NCBI GenBank assembly: GCA_964369355.1
Contig: CAYJEO010000002.1
Coordinates: 5 to 64,004 of the forward strand
Length of the DNA stretch: 64,000 nt
Origin: an uncultured Muribaculaceae bacterium
GTDB lineage: Bacteria; Bacillota_I; Bacilli_A; RF39; UBA660
Direction: 5' to 3'
Below are positions 17,946 through 26,078 of this stretch, in pieces. The notes under the pieces were generated by a model. The model was not told where the DNA came from. It worked only from the letters and a program-made list of their open reading frames with translations, and did no database searches. The position numbers were made by a program, and so were the translations under genes. Each line of letters opens with the position of its first letter. Within the stretch, counting starts at the first letter, position 1.

Positions 17946-19541
17946 ATGAAAAGAGAATATTATATTGACGAATGTGGTCAATTATCAGAACAATCAGTAG
18001 TAGAATTGAAAAAAAATAAAAAAGCATTAATAGAACTAGTTAGAATGGATCATAATTTATTGAAATATTTTTGTGAAGAACCATTTGTTAGTGAAAAAGA
18101 AATATTGATAGCAGCTTTAAAAAATCAATCTAGTAAAATTAAATCAATAGAAACAAAAAAAGCATATAATTTTTTAATTTTCGCATTAGAAGCAGATAAT
18201 GCAGATGTAATAGAAGATGTATTTTTTAAAATTGAATTTGCAACTAACTCTTTAGAAAAAGTTTTAGAACATAAATATTTTAAATACTTTTTTGAAAAAC
18301 AAGAAATAACTAAAACCATAAATGAATTAATGAAAGAAAGAGAATTATTTGTTTTAAGTTTTAAAGAAAGCTTATCAAAAAAAGAACTAAAGTACATTTT
18401 TTCAAGTAAAGAAAATACACTATATATATCACTTAACAGAAACAATTTTAAAAAGTATATAGTTCAATCAAAATATAAAAATGATATAGATGTAGTATTA
18501 GCATTATTAAAAAATCAAATGAATAATATAGAAATTATTAAAGAATTAAATTTATATAAAAAAATATATGCAGCATTCAAAGGAAGCAATATAGATTTTG
18601 CAAATCTTTCTTCTGAAGAAAGACAATATGCAATACGTATAGTCGATAGATTAGAAAAAGAACCATTTGATTTATTAACTAAAATATATCCAGATGTTTT
18701 TAGTAAGATAAAATCTTCTTTAGAAGTAAAAACAAAAAATGAAGAAGATAACAAAATTAAGAAAACAGATATATATCAAAAATTAATAGCTTCTAAGTTA
18801 TCATTAATAAACTTTTCTGTTCAAAATAATTATAATGAAAAAGAAATATCACTAGTTAAAGAATTTGGGCAAAATAATAAAATCAAAGAAAACTTAGAAT
18901 ATGAAATTCAAGAAAAACAAAAAAGGGAAAAATTAATTTTAGTTGCTAAAAAAATAGCAAACGGTCAATTAACTATAAGACAATATTGTGATAATGAAGC
19001 AACGACATATCCATTGTCATATTTGATACATTATTTAGAAGATAATAAAATGTTAAAAGAAGAAATAGTAAAACTTTTATTTACTGCTAAATTAAATAAT
19101 GAAATAGATACAAAAGATATAATTAAATTACTTACAAGAAGAAAAGGAAATTTAGATTTTAAATTTTATTATGATTTAAACAATGTTAAATTAGAATTAT
19201 TAAAATTAAGACCGATGTTACACTCTTTAGATAATAATATTGAGTTTTATAAAATTTTAAATAGCATAATCAATTCATTAAGTGCATATAATGAATTGTA
19301 TAATAGAGAAGAATTAATTAATCAAAAATTTGTGTATCAAAAATATGATTCAAAAACAAATAATATAATCAAAGTAGAAGTATTAGACCATCATTATGAT
19401 AATGCTTCAAGTAATTTAATTACTAATAATAGTATAATTTGTAGGAAAACAGTTACAGATGAAGCTATAAAAGTAGCAATAACTGAATTTATGAAAGAAA
19501 ATTTAGATTTAAAAACTAAAACAATTGCAAAAAATGATTAA
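17946..19541 (+). CDS. Hypothetical protein, tandem paralog B
   Basis: Starts 1 nt after the paralog A stop. It shares the same C-terminal module and has a longer N-terminal region with DUF4116-like segments (ALIELVRMDHNLLKYFCEEPFVSEKEILIAALKNQ). Confidence 0.75.
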   Translation: MKREYYIDECGQLSEQSVVELKKNKKALIELVRMDHNLLKYFCEEPFVSEKEILIAALKNQSSKIKSIETKKAYNFLIFALEADNADVIEDVFFKIEFATNSLEKVLEHKYFKYFFEKQEITKTINELMKERELFVLSFKESLSKKELKYIFSSKENTLYISLNRNNFKKYIVQSKYKNDIDVVLALLKNQMNNIEIIKELNLYKKIYAAFKGSNIDFANLSSEERQYAIRIVDRLEKEPFDLLTKIYPDVFSKIKSSLEVKTKNEEDNKIKKTDIYQKLIASKLSLINFSVQNNYNEKEISLVKEFGQNNKIKENLEYEIQEKQKREKLILVAKKIANGQLTIRQYCDNEATTYPLSYLIHYLEDNKMLKEEIVKLLFTAKLNNEIDTKDIIKLLTRRKGNLDFKFYYDLNNVKLELLKLRPMLHSLDNNIEFYKILNSIINSLSAYNELYNREELINQKFVYQKYDSKTNNIIKVEVLDHHYDNASSNLITNNSIICRKTVTDEAIKVAITEFMKENLDLKTKTIAKND

Positions 19542-19625
19542 AAGGTATATAATAAAGAAGAATTAAATTTTTTATCTCTTTATAACAGATATTACTATTT
19601 AATGAAAACTATAAGGAGGTAAACT

Positions 19626-19790
19626 ATGCAAGCAACTGATAAAGTAATCGTTTGTAAAGATTGTGGTAAAGAATTCACTTTTACTGCTAATGAACAAGCA
19701 TTTTACGCTGAAAGAGATTTTTCAGATCCAAAAAGCTGTAAAGAATGCAGAGATGCAAAAAAAGCTGCAAGAGATAAAAGAGCTGCGTAA
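19626..19790 (+). CDS. Small zinc-ribbon protein, 54 aa (CxxC...CxxC; zf-trcl-like)
   Basis: Not in the supplied ORF track. SD aaggaggt lies 6 nt before the ATG. Translation: MQATDKVIVCKDCGKEFTFTANEQAFYAERDFSDPKSCKECRDAKKAARDKRAA. Confidence 0.7.
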   Translation: MQATDKVIVCKDCGKEFTFTANEQAFYAERDFSDPKSCKECRDAKKAARDKRAA

Positions 19791-19850
19791 GCTTTTTTTT
19801 CTTTGCAATAAAATATTTTTTTATGATATACTTATAATAGAGGTGAATAT

Positions 19851-21110
19851 ATGAAAAAGAATTTTATTTTTTTAATTTTGTTATTTATGTTATTTCCAAC
19901 TCAAATATTTGCTGATGTTGTAGTAACACCTAATAAAGAACAAGTAGAGTTAAATGATATATTAACTGTAGATGTAGATTTAACAAAATTAGATAACGGC
20001 TTTAGTAGTGGGGACTTAATTTTAACATTTGATGATAGTTTTTTAGAATATATAGATTTAGAAGTGTCACAAAGTATTGATAAGGCAAATGAAATTACGA
20101 TAATTCCTGGAATGGGCACTTTAACTATTAATTATAAAAAAGAAACTAGTAACATTACTAATGGAGATTTTTTAACTTTAACTTTTAGAGTAATAAATAC
20201 TGCAGAAGAAGATAGAACAACTTGGATTAATTTAGAAACAGCTTCGTTAAAAGATAACGACCAAACTGATATTTCTTTTGATACAGTATCTACTAAGATA
20301 GTAGTTTTAGGAAGAGAAATAGGTTATTTAACTTCATTGTCAGTAGATAATTTTGAATTGAATCCAGTATTTGATCAAACTGTTTATGGATATGATTTAG
20401 GTTCTACTCAAGGTAGTGAAATTGTAATTAATGCAGAGGTTATGGAAGGTTATGAAATAATTGGGACTGGGTTAAAAGTATTAGAATTCGGAGTAAATAT
20501 GTTTACTATTGAAGTTAAAAACAGTGAAAATGTTATTGAAAATACTTACTCAGTTAAAATATATAGGGAAGAAATTTCAACAGAACATTTAAAACTAATT
20601 ACTCTTGAAATAGAAGGTTATGAAATAACTTTTGATCCGGATACTTATGAGTATACAATCGATGTAGAAGAAGACTTGAAAGAGTTAACGGTAATAGCAA
20701 CTGCACAAGAAGGTTTAACTATCCAAGGTGCGACAACTTATACTATTACTGATAAAATAACTGAAATAAATGTAATAGTGTCAAATGAACTGCAAGATTT
20801 AACTTATGTAGTAAAATTAAATAGAATTAAAGATACTGATGTAGATGTAGATACTTCTACAACACCACCAATTGAAACTAAACCAGAAGAAACAAAAGAA
20901 TCTTCTAATTCATTAATATATATTATCATAGCGATATTATTTATTATATCTATAGTAGTTATTGTAATTATAAAAAAGAAAAAACAAATAATAGGTATAA
21001 AGGAAAATAATGAATTAAAAGAAGAAATAGCAATCCAATTAGATAATAGAGAAGAAATAGAAGAAGTTAATTTAGAAGAATCTCAAAGTGATACAGAAAA
21101 TAAAGAATAA
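19851..21110 (+). CDS. Membrane-anchored surface protein with a cohesin-like domain and two cadherin-like beta-sandwich repeats
   Basis: Signal peptide. Cohesin-like segment LTVDVDLTKL...GDLILTFDDSFLEYIDLE. Two LxSLSV/LEIEGYE...P.F.P.TY.Y repeats. A Thr/Pro linker and a C-terminal TM helix followed by KKKK. Confidence 0.6.
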   Translation: MKKNFIFLILLFMLFPTQIFADVVVTPNKEQVELNDILTVDVDLTKLDNGFSSGDLILTFDDSFLEYIDLEVSQSIDKANEITIIPGMGTLTINYKKETSNITNGDFLTLTFRVINTAEEDRTTWINLETASLKDNDQTDISFDTVSTKIVVLGREIGYLTSLSVDNFELNPVFDQTVYGYDLGSTQGSEIVINAEVMEGYEIIGTGLKVLEFGVNMFTIEVKNSENVIENTYSVKIYREEISTEHLKLITLEIEGYEITFDPDTYEYTIDVEEDLKELTVIATAQEGLTIQGATTYTITDKITEINVIVSNELQDLTYVVKLNRIKDTDVDVDTSTTPPIETKPEETKESSNSLIYIIIAILFIISIVVIVIIKKKKQIIGIKENNELKEEIAIQLDNREEIEEVNLEESQSDTENKE

Positions 21111-21117
21111 TAAAATA

Positions 21118-21143
21118 AAAAGATATCAAATTTGATATCTTTT
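21118..21143. terminator. Bidirectional terminator palindrome between convergent genes
   Basis: aaaagatatca (21118-21128), aatt loop, tgatatctttt (21133-21143). This is a perfect 11-bp stem with A/T-tract arms. Confidence 0.7.
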
Positions 21144-21573
21144 ATAATACACTAATTAATAAAGTAATTGAAAATAATAAAATAAATGAAATAATCATCA
21201 ATCTTAAAATATTTGAATAACCTTTAGGACTTATCATATTTTTCTTATCTAATTTAGTAATAATAGGTTGCAATCTAAAAAAGTAAGTTAATATAGAAAG
21301 TATTAACATACCCAAAGTATATACTTTTAAAATTTCATCTCCTAAAAATAAAATTACTACTAATAAAGAAATAAAAATTAATTTAGTCCCAGCAACCCAA
21401 TTTACTAAATAATCAGTAAATAACTTACTAGATTCATCTTTTCTAGATAAGTGGTAGTTGTTAAATACAGCAACTCCATTACCTAATTTAGAAGTAGGAA
21501 AGAAATATAATATTATTACATTAGAAAGTTCTAATATAATAAAAACTAAAATTGAAATATCTATAATATTCAT
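21142..21573 (-). CDS. Hypothetical integral membrane protein (about 4 TM helices)
   Basis: Hydrophobic helices throughout. It lies immediately downstream of the GGDEF gene on the same strand. No family recognised. Confidence 0.55.
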   Translation of the reverse strand: MNIIDISILVFIILELSNVIILYFFPTSKLGNGVAVFNNYHLSRKDESSKLFTDYLVNWVAGTKLIFISLLVVILFLGDEILKVYTLGMLILSILTYFFRLQPIITKLDKKNMISPKGYSNILRLMIISFILLFSITLLISVL

Positions 21574-21616
21574 ATAATCACCATAATAATTATAACAAAA
21601 AAAATTGCAAAAGCAA

Positions 21617-22477
21617 TTATTTTTTTAAACTATAACCATTATATGTAGTAACTTTATTTTTACCATTTCTTTTATTTTCATATAATAACTTATCAGTTAT
21701 TAGTAATGTATCATTTAAATCAGTAAAATTTACATTGTCATTATCTAAATTATTAGTTTTAAATTTATTATAACGTTGAATATCTTCATAAGAAGAATAT
21801 GAGGCTATACCAGCACTTAAAGATAAGCGATTACTTGGTTCAACACAAACTTTACTTTCATCATATAAAACTGTTATGAATTTATTTATATCTTCCATAA
21901 TAATTTTAACTCTTTTTTCAATTGAAACAACATCTTCTGTTTTAAAAAACAATTGAAATTCATCTCCACCAGAACGAACAGCAAAGTCATGATTAGCACG
22001 CATTGTATTTTCTTTGAAAATAGTAGCTATTTTTTTAAGTACAAGATCGCCTACATGATGTCCAAAAGTATCGTTTATATTTTTAAAATTATCTAAGTCA
22101 CAATCTACTAAAGTATAAATGCAACCTCTGTTTGCTATTAATTTATTATACATACCACGTCTATTATATAAATTAGTTAAAATATCAGTATTAGATATTT
22201 CTACTTGTTTAGTTAATTTAGTTGAAATATGTAAATTTTCATTTGCCAAAAACATTACAGTTTCTTTTAATTCTTTTGCTGAATTAACCAATGTTTTAAT
22301 ATGGTTATTAGCAGAATTGTTTTTTTCTTTTAAATGTATATTAGAATCTTTTAATAAAGCATTTTCACTAGCTAAATTAACATTTTTATTAGTTAAACAT
22401 GAATTAATATTTTTTAATTCATCGTACTCTTTTTTTAATATTTCAAATTCTAGTTGTAATTTTTCTAAATCATTCAT
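21617..22477 (-). CDS. Diguanylate cyclase (coiled-coil N-terminus plus GGDEF domain)
   Basis: DLDNFKNINDTFGHHVGD and RSGGDEF motifs. No RxxD I-site lies 5 residues upstream of GGDEF. Confidence 0.85.
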   Translation of the reverse strand: MNDLEKLQLEFEILKKEYDELKNINSCLTNKNVNLASENALLKDSNIHLKEKNNSANNHIKTLVNSAKELKETVMFLANENLHISTKLTKQVEISNTDILTNLYNRRGMYNKLIANRGCIYTLVDCDLDNFKNINDTFGHHVGDLVLKKIATIFKENTMRANHDFAVRSGGDEFQLFFKTEDVVSIEKRVKIIMEDINKFITVLYDESKVCVEPSNRLSLSAGIASYSSYEDIQRYNKFKTNNLDNDNVNFTDLNDTLLITDKLLYENKRNGKNKVTTYNGYSLKK

Positions 22478-22569
22478 GATGTAATCACTCCTTGTTAAGT
22501 GTATTATACCATAAAAGAAGAAAATAATCTAATTTAAATAAATATTAAAATATGGTAAAATAAGGATAG

Positions 22570-23100
22570 GTGATGAATATGTATTATACAAATTATAAAT
22601 CAGTTATTGGAAATCTTACTTTAATAAGTGATGGTAATTATTTATTAGAAATAACAGGAGAAGTATATAGATTTAATAGTTATAATGAATCATATATTAG
22701 AAAAGATAATTTAGAAGTATTTATTAAAGTAAAAAAATGGTTAGATAAATATTTTAATAAAGAATTAATAGAATATGAAGATATAAATATATTATTAATA
22801 GGAACCACTTTTCAAAAAGAAGTGTGGGAAGAAATAAAAAATATACCATATGGAACATTAATAACTTACAGCGATATAGCAAAAAAAATAGCAAAAAGAA
22901 GAAATATCAAAAGAATGTCAAGTCAAGCAGTAGGAAATGCTGTAGGGAAAAATCCAATATCAATACTAATACCATGTCACAGAGTAATAGGTGTAAATAA
23001 TAATTTAGTTGGGTATGGTGGTGGAATAGACACTAAAATAAAACTATTAAATTTAGAAAACATTGACACTACTAAATTAAAAAAACCAAAACAAAGATGA
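22570..23100 (+). CDS. ogt: Methylated-DNA--protein-cysteine methyltransferase
   Basis: Active-site IPCHRVIG. The start is one of GTG 22570, ATG 22573 or ATG 22579. Confidence 0.85.
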   Translation: MMNMYYTNYKSVIGNLTLISDGNYLLEITGEVYRFNSYNESYIRKDNLEVFIKVKKWLDKYFNKELIEYEDINILLIGTTFQKEVWEEIKNIPYGTLITYSDIAKKIAKRRNIKRMSSQAVGNAVGKNPISILIPCHRVIGVNNNLVGYGGGIDTKIKLLNLENIDTTKLKKPKQR

Positions 23101-23116
23101 ATTTCATCTTTTTTTT
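23095..23116 (+). terminator. Intrinsic terminator after ogt
   Basis: agatga/tcatct stem with a 3-nt loop and a T8 tract. Confidence 0.55.
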
Positions 23117-23178
23117 ATTGACTTAATATTCTTAATTTGATAAACTGCTAAAGCATGTAAAAAAAGGGAAGTGAAAAA

Positions 23179-25128
23179 ATGAATTTTGAAATAAACGAAA
23201 AAAACATATTAAAATTTACATTACCATGTATAATGACAATGATATTTACATCAATATTTGTCATGTCAGATGGAATAATAGTGTCAAATTATATCAATGA
23301 AACAGCACTAGCCGCTATTAATATAGTAATGCCTGTAACGTCTTTGTTCTTAGCAGTAGGATTAATGTTTGGAGCAGGAAGTAGTGCTATATGTAGCCAA
23401 TTATTAGGAGAAGGTAAAATAGATAAAGCCAAACAAACTTTATCGTCAGTATTAGTAGTATCTTTTATAATAGGTGTTATTTTTACTATATTAACACAAT
23501 TAAACATGGATAGTATTCTAAATTTCTTAGGAGCTAGTGAAGATACAATAGGGTATGCAAGTAGTTATTTAAGAGTACTATCAATATTTTTATCAATAAT
23601 AATGATTAAAACAATATTCCAAAGTATTATGGTTGTATCAGGAAAAGCATTTTTATTTTTTAAAGCAATGATAGTATCAGGAATACTTAAAGTAATATTA
23701 AGTTATTTATTTGTAGCAGTATTAAATTTAGGAACAACAGGTTTAGCTTTTGCTGGTGTTTTTGGATATTTAATACCAGTAATAGTATCAATAATAGCAT
23801 TATCAAAAAATAATGAACAAGGTTTATCATTAGTTAAACCAAAATTTGATAAAAAAATAATACTTGACTCTTGTTATAATGGTTCAAGTGAAATGGTAAC
23901 AAATATGTCATCTGCAGTAACAACATTTTTATTTAATTCAGCAATGTTAAAACTAGTAGGAGACTCAGGAGTTTCAGCAGTTACTGTAATTTTATATATT
24001 CAATTTTTATTAGGATCTATATTTATGGGATATGCTATAGGAATAGCTCCTTTAATAGGATTTAATTATGGTAAAAAAGATAGTAATAATTTACATAAAA
24101 TATTTAAATCAAGTTTAAAAATATTAAGCATTATGTCAATAGTTAGCTTTAGTATAGCGTTTATATTTTCTAGCAACTTAACCTCTTTCTTTGCAGAAAA
24201 AGGAAGCGAAATATATGAATTATCACATAATGGATTAAATATATTTGCCTTTGGATTTTTATTTATGGGATTTAATATATTTGCATCAGGATTATTTACA
24301 GCATACTCAAATGGTAAAGTATCTGCATTTATATCAGCGATAAGAACATTAGGTTTAATATCTACATCAATTATATTATTACCTAATATATTCGGGATAA
24401 ATGGTGTATGGATGGCTGTACCAGTAGCAGAGTTCATAACTTTATTTATATCGTTATACTTATTTAATAAATATAAAGATATTTATATGTATTCAGGTAA
24501 AAAAGTATTAGAAGAAAAAACATATGAAACTTCTACTTTAATTACCATTAATAGAATGTTTGGTTCAGGGGGAAGAGAAGTAGGAAAGCGTTTAGCAGAA
24601 CAATTAAACTTTGCTTACTATGATAAAGATATTATAAATGATATTTTAAATAACGATGGTTTAAGTGATGAATATTTAGAACAATATAACGATATTAATT
24701 TTAGTTCGAATTTCAAATTCCAGTTTGCTACATCATTTGTAAAATATAAAGATAGTCCTTCAGCAGATGTATTTGAAAAACAAGCTGAAGTAATAAAAAA
24801 ACTATCAAATAAAGATAGTGTCTTTGTAGGAAGATGTTCAAATCATATTTTAAAAGAAAAAAATCCTTTTAAAGTATTTATATATGCTAAGGATGAAGAT
24901 TATATAATTAATAGATTATATGAAAAAAACGAAGCAGATAAAAATAAAACGGAAAAACAATTAAAAAAATTAGTAAAAAAAATAAATGATAATAGACAAA
25001 ATTATTATAAATATTATACAGGTAGTGATGTACTAGACTTAGAAAACTATGATTTAGTTATAGATATATCTAAAGTAGGATTAAAAAATGCTGTTAATAT
25101 TATAAAATTAGCAATAGAAAAGAAGTAA
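23179..25128 (+). CDS. MATE-family efflux transporter fused in frame to a cytidylate-kinase-like (Cytidylate_kin2) domain
   Basis: Residues 1-435 are a 12-TM MATE-like protein. Residues from about 455 (nt 24541 onward) read LITINRMFGSGGREVGKRLAEQLNFAYYDKDII, a P-loop-like family signature. The frame is open with no stop between the two parts. Confidence 0.75.
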   Translation: MNFEINEKNILKFTLPCIMTMIFTSIFVMSDGIIVSNYINETALAAINIVMPVTSLFLAVGLMFGAGSSAICSQLLGEGKIDKAKQTLSSVLVVSFIIGVIFTILTQLNMDSILNFLGASEDTIGYASSYLRVLSIFLSIIMIKTIFQSIMVVSGKAFLFFKAMIVSGILKVILSYLFVAVLNLGTTGLAFAGVFGYLIPVIVSIIALSKNNEQGLSLVKPKFDKKIILDSCYNGSSEMVTNMSSAVTTFLFNSAMLKLVGDSGVSAVTVILYIQFLLGSIFMGYAIGIAPLIGFNYGKKDSNNLHKIFKSSLKILSIMSIVSFSIAFIFSSNLTSFFAEKGSEIYELSHNGLNIFAFGFLFMGFNIFASGLFTAYSNGKVSAFISAIRTLGLISTSIILLPNIFGINGVWMAVPVAEFITLFISLYLFNKYKDIYMYSGKKVLEEKTYETSTLITINRMFGSGGREVGKRLAEQLNFAYYDKDIINDILNNDGLSDEYLEQYNDINFSSNFKFQFATSFVKYKDSPSADVFEKQAEVIKKLSNKDSVFVGRCSNHILKEKNPFKVFIYAKDEDYIINRLYEKNEADKNKTEKQLKKLVKKINDNRQNYYKYYTGSDVLDLENYDLVIDISKVGLKNAVNIIKLAIEKK

Positions 25129-25144
25129 ATAATTACTTCTTTTT
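25121..25144. terminator. Bidirectional terminator between the MATE fusion gene and lexA
   Basis: agaagtaa/ttacttct forms an 8-bp stem with an ataa loop, followed by a T-tract. Confidence 0.6.
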
Positions 25145-25760
25145 ATATTTTTCTATATAAACCAATAGCTTTACCTAATATTTGAACATTAGGCAAAATA
25201 ATAGGTTCCATTGTATCATTTTCAGGCTGTAATCTAAAATAACCATTTTCTTTATAAAAAGTTTTTAATGTAACTTCAAATTCATCAGTCATTGCAACAA
25301 CAATCTCACCATTTTTAGCAGTATTAGTTCTTTCTACTATAACTATATCCCCATCTAAGATACCTGCATTAATCATTGATAGTCCACTTACATTTAAAGT
25401 GAAAACTTCTTTATTATTAGGAACTAAATAACTAGGTAATGAAAAATATTCATCTGGTTTTTCAATTGCTTCAATAGGCGACCCTGCTGTAATTTTACCT
25501 AATAAAGGAACTTCAATAACATCTTGGTTGGCAGTTACAAATTCGTTTTTAACTAAAACTTCAATAGCTCTGTTTTTAGAATCTTCTTTTTTAATAAATC
25601 CTTTAGCTTCTAAATTATTTAAGTGAGCATGAATAGTAGCAGGAGAAGAAACTCCTAAAGCTTTTCCAATTTCTCTAATAGTAGGTGGATATCCGTTTGA
25701 TACTATATATCCTTTAATGTATGTTAATATATCTGATTGTCTTTTTGTTAAGTCTTCCAT
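25143..25760 (-). CDS. lexA: LexA repressor
   Basis: Winged-helix N-terminus (PPTIREIGKALGVSSPATIHAHLNNLEAKGFI), Ala-Gly cleavage site (ITAGSP) and the S24 Ser/Lys pair (GLSMINAGI ... LGKAIGLYR). Confidence 0.92.
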   Translation of the reverse strand: MEDLTKRQSDILTYIKGYIVSNGYPPTIREIGKALGVSSPATIHAHLNNLEAKGFIKKEDSKNRAIEVLVKNEFVTANQDVIEVPLLGKITAGSPIEAIEKPDEYFSLPSYLVPNNKEVFTLNVSGLSMINAGILDGDIVIVERTNTAKNGEIVVAMTDEFEVTLKTFYKENGYFRLQPENDTMEPIILPNVQILGKAIGLYRKI

Positions 25761-25784
25761 AAAGCACCCCTTTACATTAAAATA

Positions 25785-25813
25785 ATTTTATCATGAAAGT
25801 GTAAAGATGTCAA
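25785..25813 (-). promoter_or_regulatory. lexA promoter
   Basis: On the minus strand: TTGACA (25813-25808), a 17-nt spacer, then TAAAAT (25790-25785). Confidence 0.6.
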
Positions 25814-25824
25814 ACAAATGTTTG
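25811..25824. promoter_or_regulatory. Degenerate SOS (Cheo-type) box overlapping the lexA -35
   Basis: Palindrome CAAAC-AAAT-GTTTG. The consensus is CGAAC-N4-GTTCG, so one symmetric position is changed. Confidence 0.5.
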
Positions 25825-25833
25825 CAAAAGATA

Positions 25834-25862
25834 TTGACACGAACGATTGTTCGTGGTAAACT
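25834..25862 (+). promoter_or_regulatory. Divergent promoter for the small membrane-protein gene
   Basis: TTGACA (25834-25839), a 17-nt spacer, then TGg-TAAACT (25854-25862). Confidence 0.6.
25840..25853. promoter_or_regulatory. Consensus SOS (Cheo) box / LexA operator
   Basis: Perfect CGAAC-GATT-GTTCG lying inside the spacer of the plus-strand promoter. Confidence 0.8.
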
Positions 25863-25888
25863 TGTTTTACAGTTAAGGAGGAGTAAGT

Positions 25889-26029
25889 ATGTTAGATATG
25901 ATGAAAAACAAAATGATTGGAGGTTTTATGATTTTTATAGTTTGTATACTATTACTTAACTCTTATAGTATACAATTAGAACAAGAAAATAAAATTCAAG
26001 ATTTAGCAATTTATCAAACAAATAACTAA
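25889..26029 (+). CDS. 46-aa single-pass membrane protein divergent from lexA; candidate SOS-induced cell-division inhibitor (functional analog of YneA/SosA)
   Basis: Not in the ORF track. SD aaggagga lies 7 nt before the ATG. Translation: MLDMMKNKMIGGFMIFIVCILLLNSYSIQLEQENKIQDLAIYQTNN, with one TM helix. Its promoter carries the perfect Cheo box. Confidence 0.6.
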   Translation: MLDMMKNKMIGGFMIFIVCILLLNSYSIQLEQENKIQDLAIYQTNN

Positions 26030-26078
26030 TCAAATAATCTAAAGTATGATATAATTATTATACTAGGGAGTGGTATTA

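Noticed and set aside
19663-19854. 63-aa ORF from the track overlapping the zinc-ribbon gene
   Set aside because: It is in a different frame from the SD-preceded, motif-bearing 54-aa ORF (19626-19790). It runs through that gene's terminator-like region into the next gene's start and has no SD.
22119-22484. 121-aa plus-strand ORF opposite the GGDEF gene
   Set aside because: It is antisense to a well-supported diguanylate cyclase gene and has no motif or SD.
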